64,000 nucleotides of DNA from Octopus sinensis (taxonomy: Eukaryota), in NCBI RefSeq assembly GCF_006345805.1, contig NC_043004.1, positions 84,816,001-84,880,000 on the forward strand. The letters are read 5' to 3'. The notes under the pieces are model-generated. The model made no database searches. It was not told where the DNA came from and was given only the letters and a program-made list of their open reading frames with translations. The translations under genes and the position numbers were made by a program. Below are positions 26,791-40,829 of the stretch, in pieces (within the stretch, counting starts at the first letter, position 1; every line of letters starts with the position of its first letter).

Positions 26791-27897
26791 TCAGAAGATT
26801 AGATACATTTTTAATGAATTCAAATAAATAAAATTAAATATATATTATGCGAATAAATATGCGTGTAATATATCCAAATAAATATAATTAAATAGGCATT
26901 ATATGAATAAATCAATATCTAGAATTAATGATTCTATAATAGTAATCAAATACAAGATATATATATAAATATATAAAGAAGTATTAAATAAATGAAGGAA
27001 TGAGAGCTTGTTATATCCATAAGAAATACACGCACGCACACACCACACATACCACACACATACATATATATGCATAAAATAGGGATGAAAAACATCCAAT
27101 ATTTCAGTGTCTCTATTGTTAAATACCCAATTTTGCAGACGAATTAAACTATACAAATTACACGGGTATATATATTAAATAAGGAAAGCGAATAGAAAAT
27201 GGAGATATATGTGAGAATTTACAATTCGAAAATTACATTTTAAAATTTATTAGCATAACAGCATATTATATTATATTCTTCTTATAATATAATATAATTT
27301 ATAATATAGTAAGTAATAAATATAAAATATAAATCACGTACAAATATTTAAATACTTGGCCCTAATAAAATTATGAAAATGCATTGCTTTTTGGTCAAGA
27401 ATCTCCTCAATGTAATTTCTTTTGCTTATTAGAACTCACATATCCAATAAGACTAAATTTAGCGTATGTTCACAAGCGTGTGTGTTATTTATTAAAAAAC
27501 CAAAAGCAGAACAAAGATAAAAATTATAAAAATAAACTAATATAACGGCTTTAAATATATTTGTATGTTATTAAGTATTCTAATCTAAATATGTCTTGTG
27601 TATTATATTTTATATACCAGCAACGCACAATAACACAAAATGACTTGAGTACCACCATATTCAACATTTCCTTCTTCTTGTCTCTTCTTTTCATTTATTT
27701 ATTCTGATGATGATGCTCCATAATTCAAATCAGTTTTATCACCAAATTTGATATATATTTTTAGCATAATAATAATGATACAAAAGAACATTGTCAGCAG
27801 AAACAGCTGTCAGATGGAATGCGGTCTATATGTGAATAGTTAATACATAATAACTGAAGCAAATCAGTTGTTGTTCTTCAATATTATCTCCATTAAG

Positions 27898-28112
27898 GCG
27901 GCGAGCTGGCAGAAATGTAAGCACGCCGGGCAAAATGCTTAGAGGCATTTCGTCTGTGTCTACGTTCTGTGTTCAAATTCCATGGAGGTCAACATTACTT
28001 TTCCTCATTTCGAGGTCGATAAGCTAAGTACGATTTGCGTACTGGGGGCGATCTAATCGACCGGCCCCCTCTCCCCCAAAATGTCGGGCCTTGTGTCTAC
28101 GGTAGAAAATAA
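27898..28112 (+). mobile_element. SINE family A
   Basis: GGCGGCGAGCTGGCAGAAATG head, core, and GGGCCTTGTGTCTACGGTAGAAAAT tail. Confidence 0.85.
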
Positions 28113-28330
28113 TATTATATCCCTTTTCTGTTTTCTTTAAACTTTGGTTCGTGATAAGCCCCTGTTTCTCCTTTTCTTTGCCAATAATTTATGAGCATAA
28201 CATGGTTGCCCATGTTTAAATATAGGTGATATACCGGTAGTATGTTGGATACTTTTATCCCTTAGATGGTTATTGTAATCTCTAACGCAGCTAACCTACA
28301 CACACACAAACACACACACACACACACACA

Positions 28331-28386
<56 letters not shown>

Positions 28387-28397
28387 GAGAGAGAGAG

Positions 28398-28457
<60 letters not shown>

Positions 28458-29865
28458 GAATTCCCATCATATGCTAGACACTTCCCCCTCGACACTCTGC
28501 AACAGAGTGAATACTGTTACAACGACTTGTCTCAAATACTTTGATATTAAAACAGGAGATAGATTATCTCTTGTTACCCCTCCTTGTCGTATTATATGAA
28601 CTGTATGGAAAATATTTTCTGAACGCAGAACAGTATCACATATCTACAATTAGCGAACTGTGCAATAGTATTTCGATCCCGTGCCTCTATGCGGAAAAGT
28701 AACCTCATACGCTCTCTGCATTAAATTTTATTTCTTCGAATCATTTATAACATGCCACTGTGGTAACTGTAAATATCGTGCCCTGTAGATTTTTGCGGTT
28801 ACTTTTTTTTTTTGTTTTTTACAAATCATTTCTTTATATTTCACAACGTTACTTTTGCCTCCGGGAATATCAATTTTATTTGCAAAGAATGGTTCATTAG
28901 TGGCAAAAGCAGCATACAAATAATAAACACTTCTACCAGTTCCACGGCTACTAACTCCTTCTCATTAATGCTGTCAAAGATATTTTCTGTCATTTTTTCC
29001 CTTTCGCATTTTGCAACAGAAAAAACAAACGACTTCCGTGAAACATAACATTTTTGAAACAGAATCCAAGAAAAAAGATTAATTTAAACGATTCTGGCAT
29101 GACAATTTCATAAAATAAAACGAAATATAACTAAATTAAATATATCTGAAAGGGAATTTATTGCGTAATTTATGTTATTTGTTTAATTGGTGTGAAACAT
29201 TATGAAAATCTCAAATAAGGACAGGATCGATAGTGAATTGTTAGAGTAAATTGCTGTATTAAAACCTAAATTAGCAGTGTCAGATAAATGTCAGATTAAC
29301 AATTTGATAAAATATGAGGAATTAAAATATTAACAGCTATACAATGATTACGAAAATGGTAATAATGAGAATGATAATTCTATATTTCGTCGGCAACGTG
29401 TCGAGCAAAGATTTGTTTCTCAAGCACTATGTTAGTGGTTAAATATCATGATGTCCTCCTGATAATCATATTTTGGAACTTTTAACAGGTTATTTCATTA
29501 TTAATCTGATAGAAAGTAATTCGCCAAATATTTTGGAACATTCGAAAATATGGAATGGCGTCTAATTCTATAAATTGGTCTGAATATTCAAATGTAAAGG
29601 CTGCCATTTTCAAAAACAATAGGCAACGTCGATATAGGTCAGATCATTTGAACTCGATCGTTCCAAGGAAGGGATTTATTGATCTCCTCTGTACAGGACT
29701 TTGGCGATCAAGATTATTATAAGAAAAGTGATAAAAGGAATGTTGATGAGGGAAAGGACGACAATAGTACTGGATTCGCTACTGATGTTGAAGATGAGGA
29801 TGACGGGTAGGAGACGGAGGAAGAATTAGAAGAGGAAGTAGAGGAAGAAGTAGAAGAAGAAGAAC

Positions 29866-29899
<34 letters not shown>

Positions 29900-30121
29900 A
29901 CAACAACAACAACCACAACACTAGAATATATTGACCTATGTTTTCACATATATACCTATCGAAGTGTTGAAAACTTACCCTGAACATTAGAGTTGATGAT
30001 CCCTTTTTCAGTGCCAGTGCTGAATTGAATATGATTAAGTTACCTATCAGATAGTACATTCACTAATGCTGATTCGGGTCCTGTTTAGTCTTCACAATAT
30101 TATCTACGTTTCAAGTTGATG

Positions 30122-30332
30122 AGCTGGGAGAATCGTGAGTACACCGGGCGAAATGCTTAGCGGTATTTCGTTTGTCTTTACGTTCTGAGTTCAGATTCCA
30201 CCGAGGTAGACTATGCCTTTCTTCCTTTCGGGGTCAATAAATTGAATACCAGTTGCCTACTGGAGTCGATCTAATCGACTGGCCACCTCCACAAAAATTT
30301 CGGGCGTTGTGCCTTTTCTAGAAAAGATTATT
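30122..30332 (+). mobile_element. SINE family A
   Basis: Same head, core and tail. Confidence 0.85.
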
Positions 30333-30601
30333 ATCGACCTTTTCTTCTTTTATTTTTTACAGTTAAATTATAAGAAACGTACGCTTTTAGATTTGAACAC
30401 TAACGTGGGATTCCAGAATAGCACGTTTCACATTTAGCGAGAAATCTCTTGGCAAACTTTATTTCTTGCTTTTGTGATAACAAACGCATTAGGGCATCAC
30501 GAATGTATCCTGCGTCTCAAAAGAAAGCTGTTAAGCAATTTTAAAGTGGCAATGTTGTTTTTGTTATAAAATGATTTCCCGTACATCGGGTGCATGTTTT
30601 A

Positions 30602-31811
30602 CGAAGTGGTATCAGAAAGGTCCCGGACTTTCTATATTTAATGAAAATAGTTTATTTATGGAAGTTTTAACATCAACCTCGAAATACTCACCTTGCGTAG
30701 CAATACAACGGTCCGAACGTTCTTGACACTTTGAGAATCCGGCCTGGAAGTCGTATTCCGTACCCGAGTCTTCTGCGATTCGCTCTTGGTCTCGAGGAAG
30801 GTGTTAAAATGGCGACATTTGAGCTGCGTTTTCACCTGGTGGAAAAGGATAAAGTTCGCAGATAATAAATCTAGCGAATAGGGCAAGTGCGGAAGTGATA
30901 CCATTTCGTAATTTGCCGGGAAACTCACGAGTAAGGAAAACTCGAGGAGTGGCCGCATTGTTGTTTTGGAGAATCTACTTCGCGTTCCACAAATCCGTTC
31001 GCTTTCACAGAGTGCCGCCCCTCAAACGCGTCAAAACATCGCAGTAGAAGTCTCAGTGGGGCGGTTTGGCCCTGGGGATTCGAATCCTCGATGACCAATA
31101 CTGCGGATGTGGAAAAAAATTTGAACACGTCCTTGATTGACCTGCGGCTATATCATGCCTTCTTAGGTCGTGAAGATAAAGGTCTCTTCCATTGTAATGA
31201 CTGCTGCTTCATCTCAAGGCCGTACCCGTAGGCTGAACACTGTCACCGGTGATGATCCACGACATGAAAGATGTGTCATCCACCGCACTCTGACGAAGAT
31301 CTTGACCGACTTTGACATGGCGTTCTTTCTGCTCAGTGATCAGCAGGCGGATGGCAACTCGGCAGAGATAGCATGTTCAAGTTAACCGTTATGATTACCT
31401 GCACAGATTCAGACAACAGACCAACATCAACAAAGTCGTTCATTGTCTTCCGTCTATTTTCATGCCCTAGCTGATGTATTTTCTCGACATTTCCGGAGTT
31501 GCTGCCCGTGATAGGTCCTCCAGATCGCTCATCGTCTTCCAGAAAGATTCTTCTGCGTTAAAAGTCAATGCCTCTGTAGCAGTCTTTCCAAGTTTAACTC
31601 AAACATTCATGTCGGCTCTATGTTCCGACTTCATGCCCATGACAAAATTGCAAACTCCAGCATACACGCAGTCACAAAAACACAAGCTTCATAATTTGTG
31701 GGGTAAACACAGTGATATTGCTCGACACACTGCTCTTACTGGGCAGACAACCATGCGCTGAAATCTGTTGGTGCTCTATAGAACTTAATCGGGAATGTTT
31801 TGATACCTACG
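30602..31811 (-). mobile_element. Near full-length (about 1.2 kb) inactivated mariner element (irritans-like)
   Basis: TIRs CGAAGTGGTATCAGAAAGGTCCCGGACT and AATCGGGAATGTTTTGATACCTACG. Minus translation VKLGKTATEAL, FYCDVLTRLR..KRTDLW, LPHLPYSLDL (YSPDL-like), with many stops and frameshifts. Confidence 0.9.
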
Positions 31812-32649
31812 TCAAATCGATACCACATCGCGACTAACCCTACTTTTATTTCAAGTTACTTTGCCCTGTGTACCACATATTTTAACAACTGGCAAATATT
31901 TCGATGGATTGTCAAAACATATTGGAAACTAATTCCAATATAGATAAGAACCCAATTCAAAAGGAGAATTTTCTTCATTTTATGTAATACTGTAGCACTA
32001 GATATATACTTTATTTCCCTTATTTAGTAAAATGATTATCTTTTATTTTTTAAGGACAATGCAAACGAATCCGGTATACTTTTAAATAAAATTTAAAACG
32101 AATTGGCCTAAGGTTGATTAGTCCAAATTTTTTGCGAATGAAATGTGAAGAGCAAAGCTTTTCAAAATAATACATGTACGCGAAAGTATTGATAAAATTT
32201 TTCATCATTTAATCATTGCTGTAGGCTTTATCTTGCGACTATATTACAGGAAATGAAAACTAAGAAATTACAGAAATGTTGGAAATCTTTTTCTTTGTGA
32301 AAATCAGGAAAAAATTTACACAAAGAAACAAAATCTTTTCTATGTACCTGTTTCCCTAGAGATATTTAATTCCAATAATAAAAATATATTAAAATTGTGA
32401 ATTATTAACAAAAGGGTGAAAATAAGGTAACAAAAATAATGACATGAAGATTGAATTTTACGTTGTAACAAGCATGCATCGACGTTGTATCGTTTTTGAA
32501 TGCATAGTTGAAATGGCATATTAGTGAAAAAACATTCTTTTGTGTATAACAGAAAGTGTCCCTTAATTATGGAAGTCATTTTAGTCACTCTTCTTATTAT
32601 TAATAGTTGTCAGAACTAGAATAGGACGGAAGACTCGAATAGGAATCAT

Positions 32650-32860
32650 TGAAATATTTTCCGCTTGATATTGGTTTCAAAGTTTGGCACAACTCCAGCA
32701 ACTTTAGTGTGACAGATACGTCGATTACATTGACCTCAGTATTCAAGTGGTACTTGTTTTATCGATTCCGAAAGGATAAAAAAAAAGACAACGCCGAGGG
32801 CATTTGAACTTAGGACGTTTGTGGAAAGAAATGGTGCTAAGCATTTTTCCAGTCTTGTAA
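32650..32860 (-). mobile_element. Old SINE family A copy
   Basis: GGTACTTGTTTTATCGATTCCGAAAGGATAAA...GCATTTGAACTTAGGACG. Confidence 0.65.
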
Positions 32861-33423
32861 TTACTCGTAGATATTAGCAATTACAGTTTGTATAGTTAAG
32901 AATGTCTCACTGTGAAGACAATAAAATAAAGTAAAATCAAAATGTATAAATGTTTTCTTGAATATATCTTAGCTTAATATCATAAGTAAACAATCACATG
33001 TGAAATTTTAAAAACGTAATAGTGAGATTATGTTGCTAAATTCTATATGGGAGGGAAAGAGACAGATATGGTGCAATGAAGTTGTCGTTCATAATATCTA
33101 ATATTTTTATGTATTTGGTTGATATGAAATGTCTGGAATAAAGAACGAGGTCTGAAATAGCATATATTTTTCTGTGACAGAATTTGTTGCGTGGCATTAT
33201 TTTATTTCATCGATTAGTTAAAATACATTCAAAGTTCCGATTATCGATATTTGTTATTTCGGTATCAATTTATACATTATGTTTGTAAACTTTCTTTCAT
33301 CTGCATATAATACTAATCCTCTAAAAATATCATAGAATTTGCAGACTATCTGTATGAAAAATTATAAATAAACTTCAAAATAGATAATGCGTCACTGCAT
33401 TTATGTATGTATTTCATCGATAG

Positions 33424-33492
<69 letters not shown>

Positions 33493-34114
33493 ATGTGTGT
33501 GTATGTGTGTATGTGTGTGTACCTGTGTGTCTGTGTGTCTGTGTGTGTATGTGTGTGTCTGCGTGTGTTTATAGACACACTTTTCTTAACTTATAGTCAA
33601 TTATGACATTAGAATTAAAATCAAGTGAATCTGTAAGCAAGAAGCTCAATATGCAGCAATTTTTAGAACACTGTAAATTAGAGCACGCATTTTTGCTGAA
33701 GTGTGCAGATAACATAATTAAAATATATTCATAAACCACAAATCATGTCAGAAAAAGTATTTAATCAATTTTGTTTATATGTAAGTTTAATACTTTATGT
33801 AAAATATATCTTTAAAAGCATGAGATGAGTATAGTAATTGAAAATATTTCACTGCAAAAGAACATTTACATTTGCAGAGTTTAAAAAAAAAAAAACAGAA
33901 CGAAACGTATTGACATGTTGAGAATTAATTTAGTGCTTTACACACACACAATATATACCACACCAGATACATTCATACCTACAGGCCCACACACTCACAA
34001 ATGCACATACAAATAACAGGATATATGAAACAAAAAATTTAAATATATGGGCATACATATGTATGCTTATATATATATATATATGTATATATATATGTAT
34101 ATATATATATATAT

Positions 34115-34176
<62 letters not shown>

Positions 34177-34184
34177 TATAGATA

Positions 34185-34263
<79 letters not shown>

Positions 34264-34740
34264 TTGTACATGCGTTTGGGTATGTATGATATATGTATAT
34301 ACAAAAATACATAACCATCCTTGGTATACACGTAAATATTTGTTGTCTAGTATGTGTCTATAGACATGCACGGTAGTGTGTATTAGTCCGAAAGCCTACG
34401 ATTTATTGCACAACCATGAATGTGTGTTTGTGTGTGAGTGCGTGCGAGCTTTTTCTTTCAAAAACCTATACCACTTGATGAGATTTATTTTAAATGTTTA
34501 ATTTTTTTAAGTATAAAATTCATTTGCTTCTTTTTGTTTTTTGTATGTATTTTAAAAATCTAAAATTCCTAATTCGTGCTCGTATTCAACACTTGATTAC
34601 TGCCGCCTAAAGTTATTTCATCACCTACTGAAAATGTACAGTCAACGAGTATCTTACACGTTTATATTTCACTTTGGAAAACATCATCTGTTTTCAAAGA
34701 ACAATCTCTCTTAATTTAACGTTTTCATCCCCAATATATA

Positions 34741-35235
34741 TAGGAATTACAACCGTGTTTCGTGGTCTGCTACCACAACAGCTCCTTTATTAGGATCCAG
34801 TTAGCTCAAGACATCATCAGGAGGAACCACATGCGGTTTCGGCCCCTACTCCTCTACCGTTTTGACGTGGTCCCCCCCCCCTTTCGGAGGTGTCTTCAGC
34901 TCTGGTGTTGGGTGCATGTCTTCTTTCTTCTGTTCCTTGGCCTCTTCGATGTATCGTCAGTGAGTGTCAGCCGGTGACTGACTGACTTGTCAAAATTGTC
35001 CTTTTAAATACCTGCGGCAAAGCTCCATCAGGCAGCCCCAGCAAGTTGTCACGTGACACTGTCTCACCTTAACTGACTAGTGAAGGCGCGTAGTTTTAGC
35101 CCGCGTATTCACTAAACGACCGTCACCTGTCAGTCATCGAAGCTGATTCAGTGTAAGCTTGTCTCACCTAGTGATGTTATTTCCCGCCGGCATGTTATGA
35201 CTTTCAAGCCATTTTCGGTCTTCCCGCTTCAGCCA
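34741..35235 (-). mobile_element. GC-rich LTR/pLTR-like module (promoter, hammerhead-like cores, polyA signal)
   Basis: Minus strand: GTCACGTGAC (35048-35057), TATTTAAAAG (35001-35010), CTGAAGA (34893-34899), CGAAAC (34836-34841), CTGATGA (34814-34820), AATAAA, CGAAAC (34757-34762). Element class is inferred. Confidence 0.5.
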
Positions 35236-35247
35236 TATATATGTATA

Positions 35248-35323
<76 letters not shown>

Positions 35324-37619
35324 TATATATGCAATAAGTTCTGATAGCTTTAATCCTTTGCATATATCAACATTTATCATCTTCGTCAGTGGCGTTGTGT
35401 CAATATTTTCTTGTAAGACAACACTTTACATCACAAACCGGTTGATTATAATGCAAGATTTGGTAGATTTGTGATGATATTGTACTCCGACATGGATGAG
35501 TACAGGGTGAGACCCAAGAAAGCTTCGATTTACCATATAAAATGCAGCGTATGTAGGTGTCCTAAGGCGGACAGAACATTTAGTTTATCTTTCTTTAATA
35601 TACAAAAATACACATTAATCGATGTAATTCAATGACCCCTAAATTGCTGGCCACATCCCAAACTTTGAAACCAATATACTAAGATACATTCCTCATAGAG
35701 GACGGTATTTCTATGGTGTTTTATATCAGTCAATTTTGCACATCGAAAGCATAGCGAACATTAACTATGATTCAGTTTTAGGTTATGAATTGTATGTAAA
35801 CATTCAAAAATAAGTTAAGGTAAATGCATCTATATACATTCATAGATATATTCACCCACCCACATACACATACGTACATATATATGTTTACACATATACA
35901 TATATGTATACACATATGCACACATATTTATACTTAAATGCACGTATGTGTGGGCGCGTGAAACTATTGACTTAGAGACATATACACGTTTTTGTTATTT
36001 TCTATTAATTGAGAATAATATAGAAGTTAATTACAGACCAATCTTTTTTCGTGAAAGGGCTGTTGGAAATGTTGTTTAAAATTTTCATTTGAATAATATA
36101 AGAAAACAAATTTTTTTTATACAAAGACATTTAGGTGCTCTTAGCTATTTTTGGTACACGGATTTTGAATCTATATTGAAAATGTTTCTATGGCGTTTAG
36201 ATTTTCAAAAATTAATTTCCAGTTTTTTTTATTCATACATAAAAAAAAATCAATACATATTGTCTTTATGTGAAACGGTGGCGTACCACCAAGTTACATT
36301 TCAGAACGGCTTCAAATAAAAGTGATTCTGTATTTCCCCAGACATATTTTGTTCTATTATGAAACACCCAACAAACAGAATTACGGCTTCATTGCTGAAA
36401 TCTAACAAAAGTTTTGTTTACATTTTGATAAAGGAAACTGGGCGAAAACTCAACAGAACTTATATGCTCTGCGCAGTGAATTTCAGCATAACAGCTTTTC
36501 TTACCTGTAGTATATGTCATTCGCAGCACCGATACTTTATTGCAAAGCTCAAAAAAAGTTTCGTTTCTTTTGTGCTGTACAATAATGATAACTGTTTACA
36601 CAAAAATAAATGAATGGATACGTACCTTTGCTACTAATCACATTTAAAACAGCAATATATTTGTCAAGTCCAAACGAAGAGATGATTTGGAATTATGTTT
36701 ACGAGATCAGGATTTTGCTTCACCTATTTGATAGCATAAAGTAGTTCACATTTTTGTTGAAGTATATGAGTTGAAATTTGTTACATAGTGTAATATGTGT
36801 AGCAGTCATAGAGTTTAATGTTTGTTTGCGTTTTTATGATGTGCGGATATTAATTTCCATACATATTTTCTATGAGTTTTCCCAATGCGCACATGAAATA
36901 TAACTGAATTTTAAAGTGAATACCGCAGTATCCAGAACGTGTATAAATATAATTTAATTTATTCATAATATTAGATATATCAAACAGTTATTTCATTATT
37001 ATATATTCGTTGCCAATGTAATATATATTTATGTATAAAATATAGCAATTGATTATCAGGGCACGAATCGGGAATGCCTATATTCAGATAATAAATGCGG
37101 ATTTTTTTAAGAGTTATTCTTTTGAAAAATCTCTCGTAGTGACATAATGAGTGAAAAGGTACAGGCCAAATGTTGTTTAACTCATTCCTCAGATATTTTA
37201 TTGTAAACTTCAGTTCTCATTAAAAAACGAAATTAAAAAGGATTACAATTTATATGCAATTCATATTTCATACTGAAACTATCTGTTTAGTTCTCTCTAG
37301 TCTACAGTAAACCACTCAGGAATATCAATATCGATATTTTAGTTTAGTAGGTGAGCGTTAATTTGCTATGGAGTAGATGCATTAACATATTGTGCGAGAT
37401 ATTTTCATAAAATAGTAAAAGTACGTCTATAGAATATTTTAATTAATTTATTACTTACAGTAAATTCGCAAAAATAATTGGTTTGAATACTGAATGAAAA
37501 CGGGAACCTCTTTACATGTACAATGTTTCACTAAACACACATGATCGCTAACACACATAAACGCACGTGCACACTCACAAGCACACGCTTCGATTTGCGA
37601 CTGCTCTTACATTCAATGC

Positions 37620-37654
<35 letters not shown>

Positions 37655-37771
37655 AAAAGCAATAAAGATTCAAGTTAATTTAAATGAATTTACTTGAATA
37701 TGGTACCTAACTTAGATGCACCAAAAAAAAACTATACTGTTTTAACAATACAGTAATGCGGGGTGATTATA

Positions 37772-38250
37772 AGCGGGAAAGAAGCAACAAGAATGGATAG
37801 GTTTTTAGTACAATCGTTTCATACAAGGACAGGCTTTATTAAAAGTTGTAAAAATTACAGCATATAAACGTGTCCCGTACTCATCAGCTAAAATACATGT
37901 GAGTTCTCTAGACATCCTAGTGGTTGAGGCTATACTCATGAAGTAATGTAGATAATTAAGTAACATAAACATAAACAGATTTCCAAAGTTCATTACAGTT
38001 CTTTAAAGATGATGTACAGTCTTATCACAGAATTTTAAAAAAGTTTTAATAGCATCACAGAGAAGGTGACCTAATCCATAGAGCACATATGAATTTCCAG
38101 AGATATGATGAGGGATTACATACTCACAGAAGACAAATTTATCCATTGTTAATCACAACGAGGTGGGTCTCAATTCAATTTAATAACGCCTGTCCTTGTA
38201 TGAAACGATTGTACTAAAAACCTATCCATTCTTGTTGCTTCTTTCCCGCG
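37772..38250. mobile_element. Young MITE with 70-bp near-perfect TIRs and TA flanks
   Basis: 37773-37842 is the reverse complement of 38180-38249 with one mismatch. TA dinucleotides flank 37772 and 38250. Confidence 0.85.
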
Positions 38251-38294
38251 TATATATATATATATATATATATATAAACGCAACACACACACAC

Positions 38295-38335
<41 letters not shown>

Positions 38336-38629
38336 CACACACACACTCACACACACGTATATATATATATGTGCGTGTGTATGTATGTATATTTATATAA
38401 ATGTGTGTTCACACATAAACTCATATAGATAGTCCACAGCGAAGCACAATTTTATTGGTGCCCATACATGCATAATTCTGGACACATACATACTCACGAA
38501 TGCAATTAGTTTAATAAAACATGATTTCATTCCTCTTAGAGTAATAAGTAGTATATTACATTTGCAGTAATTCTGCATGTAATGCACCATGCTAAATATT
38601 GGTACTCAACATTAATTATATATTTAAAC

Positions 38630-38840
38630 CGGCGAGCTAGCAGAATGGTTAGCGCGCCTGGCAAAATGCTTAGTGGTATTTGTCTGTTTTTAGGTTCTGA
38701 TTTCAGATTCCACCGAGGTCAACTTTGCCTTTCATCCTTACGTTCTCGAGAAAATGAGTACCAGTTGAGCAGTGGGATAAATATAATAGACTTGCATCGC
38801 CCCCGTAATTGCTGGCCTTCTGCCAGATTAGAAACCAATG
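38630..38840 (+). mobile_element. SINE family A
   Basis: GGCGAGCTAGCAGAATGGTTAGCGCGCC head plus core. Confidence 0.85.
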
Positions 38841-38884
38841 ATAAAAATGTGTTTATTAATTTGTTGTTATTGTTTGTTCCTTCT

Positions 38885-39170
38885 TGAGCCACGCCTGGCT
38901 CATAAGGGCCGGTTTCCCGGTTTCCTTGGCGTATAGGTTCCCCACCTGGACGGGACGCCGGTCCATTGCAGGTGAGCTGCTAGATGCAGGAGGAAAGAGT
39001 GAGAGAAAGTTGTGGTGAAAGTGTCAGCCAAAGTTCGCTATTACCTTCTGCTAGAGCCGCGTGGGGCTTAGGTGCTGCACTCATAAACAGACGCATCACC
39101 CGGTCTGAGATTCAAAACCGCCATCCCTTGACCGCGAGTCTGCTGATCTAACCAAGAGGCCATGTGTCTT
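38885..39170 (-). mobile_element. SINE family C with GC-rich 3' tail
   Basis: Shares GAGAGAAAGTTGTGG..CCCGGTCTG.GA.TC.AAACCGC with 24181-24478. Confidence 0.8.
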
Positions 39171-39823
39171 CACGTTTATTAATTTAAGATTGTAAATTTC
39201 ATATACCTAATTAAATTATGTTAAATACCAACAACGTATTACCTACATGCAAATACTCTTCTCTTTCATTTGTAATTCATTCTGGGGCCAATATAATTAG
39301 ACCTGAAATTATTAAATTCTGGAAAATCAAACTGAAAATTAAGTAATCAAAGAACGGTGCGGGTGTCAGAATGTCACTTAGGTCAATGAAATACGCATGT
39401 AGTAGGAATTACTCATCATAAATAGCAAAATTTATATATTATATGATGCCTAAGTGTATATAATAACGTCCGTCACAGTCTTAAAAGCTGTGTCACTATC
39501 ACCTCCTGAGAAAACTAAATATTTATACAAAAGTAAATGAAGATATTATGGAGGATTCCAGCACGTAAATACGCTGTATAAAAACAACATTATTTATTAT
39601 ACGATTCAGGAAATGTCAATATCCCCGATTACAAAGCATTGACTACCATGTCAAAGCTTATGTTTGCGGCTAACTGGAAAAGACTAAATACAAAATGCCT
39701 AGTTGTTTATTAGAGTGTAAGATGTTTTGTCACTCTGGTGCACTCAGTCAGAATACTAATGTCGATGATATCCATCATAAAATGTTCAGCCGCCAGTCTA
39801 TTACAGATACACGTAGGATATAA

Positions 39824-40250
39824 ACTGCGTCCGCTCTCTTAGGAATCTCATTTTTTAACCGAATTTTCTATGGCGGAGACCTGAATGTTCCAATGAATTT
39901 TAAATTTTTGCAGGGTAATAAAGAAGTTCTCACTCATCACCAACAGCGTTTATTGATTCTTAGGAATGAATATTTCATGGAGTTACCTCTAAAAGCTGCT
40001 AGCCAGTACAGTAGACCAATTCATAGTTTACGCACTGGCATCGGTGTATGTTAGCTTATGCGATTTCACGTTGAGGAATACTTTATTAATTCATCGGCTG
40101 TTGTAATAAATGCGTATGTGAGAACTGGACTCATGACACCATTCCTGCGGCTATAGATATCGTCCTTCTCCAGGATATGGCAAAATTTTGGGCAAATGCC
40201 CAAACAGCTGATGTGTAAATAGATTAACTCTTTGTACATATGTCTTGGTT
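39824..40250 (+). mobile_element. Degenerate LINE apurinic endonuclease fragment
   Basis: A single frame with stops gives IFYGGDLNVP (GDFN-like), LRNEYFMELP and FINSSAVVINAYVR, in the same motif order as APE domains. Confidence 0.5.
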
Positions 40251-40325
40251 GAAAACATGGTAAATTTAATATAAACATCGATTGCATCGCCTTTTTTTTC
40301 AGACCAAATGGAAAGAGCTGGTTAC

Positions 40326-40350
40326 TCAACACTACTACTACTACTACTAC

Positions 40351-40428
<78 letters not shown>

Positions 40429-40499
40429 CGCTGATGCTGCTGCTGCTGTCATTATTACTATTACTACCATCACTACTACTACTACTACTACTGCTGCTG

Positions 40500-40553
<54 letters not shown>

Positions 40554-40565
40554 TTACTACTTCTA
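40326..40565. repeat. (CTA)n/(TGA)n/(CTG)n trinucleotide tract
   Basis: Direct reading. It explains the poly-M/L/V/S ORFs. Confidence 0.95.
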
Positions 40566-40829
40566 CTAGATATCTAATTTCTTGCGCGTTTTGAAATGTC
40601 CTGTCCACAGGCACGACGTTTCGCCCGTCCTACTTTGCATTTCACCGTAAATAATCATATAGCATCTTAAAATCATAACCCAATTTTGAGAATCATTTTT
40701 ATATTTTTTTGTATTTTATATCTCTACATCATTATACTTGTCTAGCGATACATCCATTCATTTAAGTAATGTAATTTTCATACGACTGAAGCATTTCATA
40801 TTATTCTTTCATTTCATAGACTTATAAAT

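Noticed and set aside
28728-29048. Overlapping short ORFs (MTENIFDSINEK.. / YAAFATNEPFF..)
   Set aside because: No recognisable motif, and a frameshift is needed to join them.
37805-37993. Signal-peptide-like 62-aa ORF ending CPCMKRLY
   Set aside because: It lies inside the MITE and runs into its TIR, so it is most likely incidental.
39914-40045. Clean 132-nt phase-0 exon candidate (GNKEVLTHH..TGIG)
   Set aside because: The frame extends on both sides with GDLN and other APE-like motifs plus stops. It is better explained as a decayed LINE endonuclease.
40066-40614. 182-aa poly-V/poly-S ORF
   Set aside because: It is a trinucleotide repeat translation.
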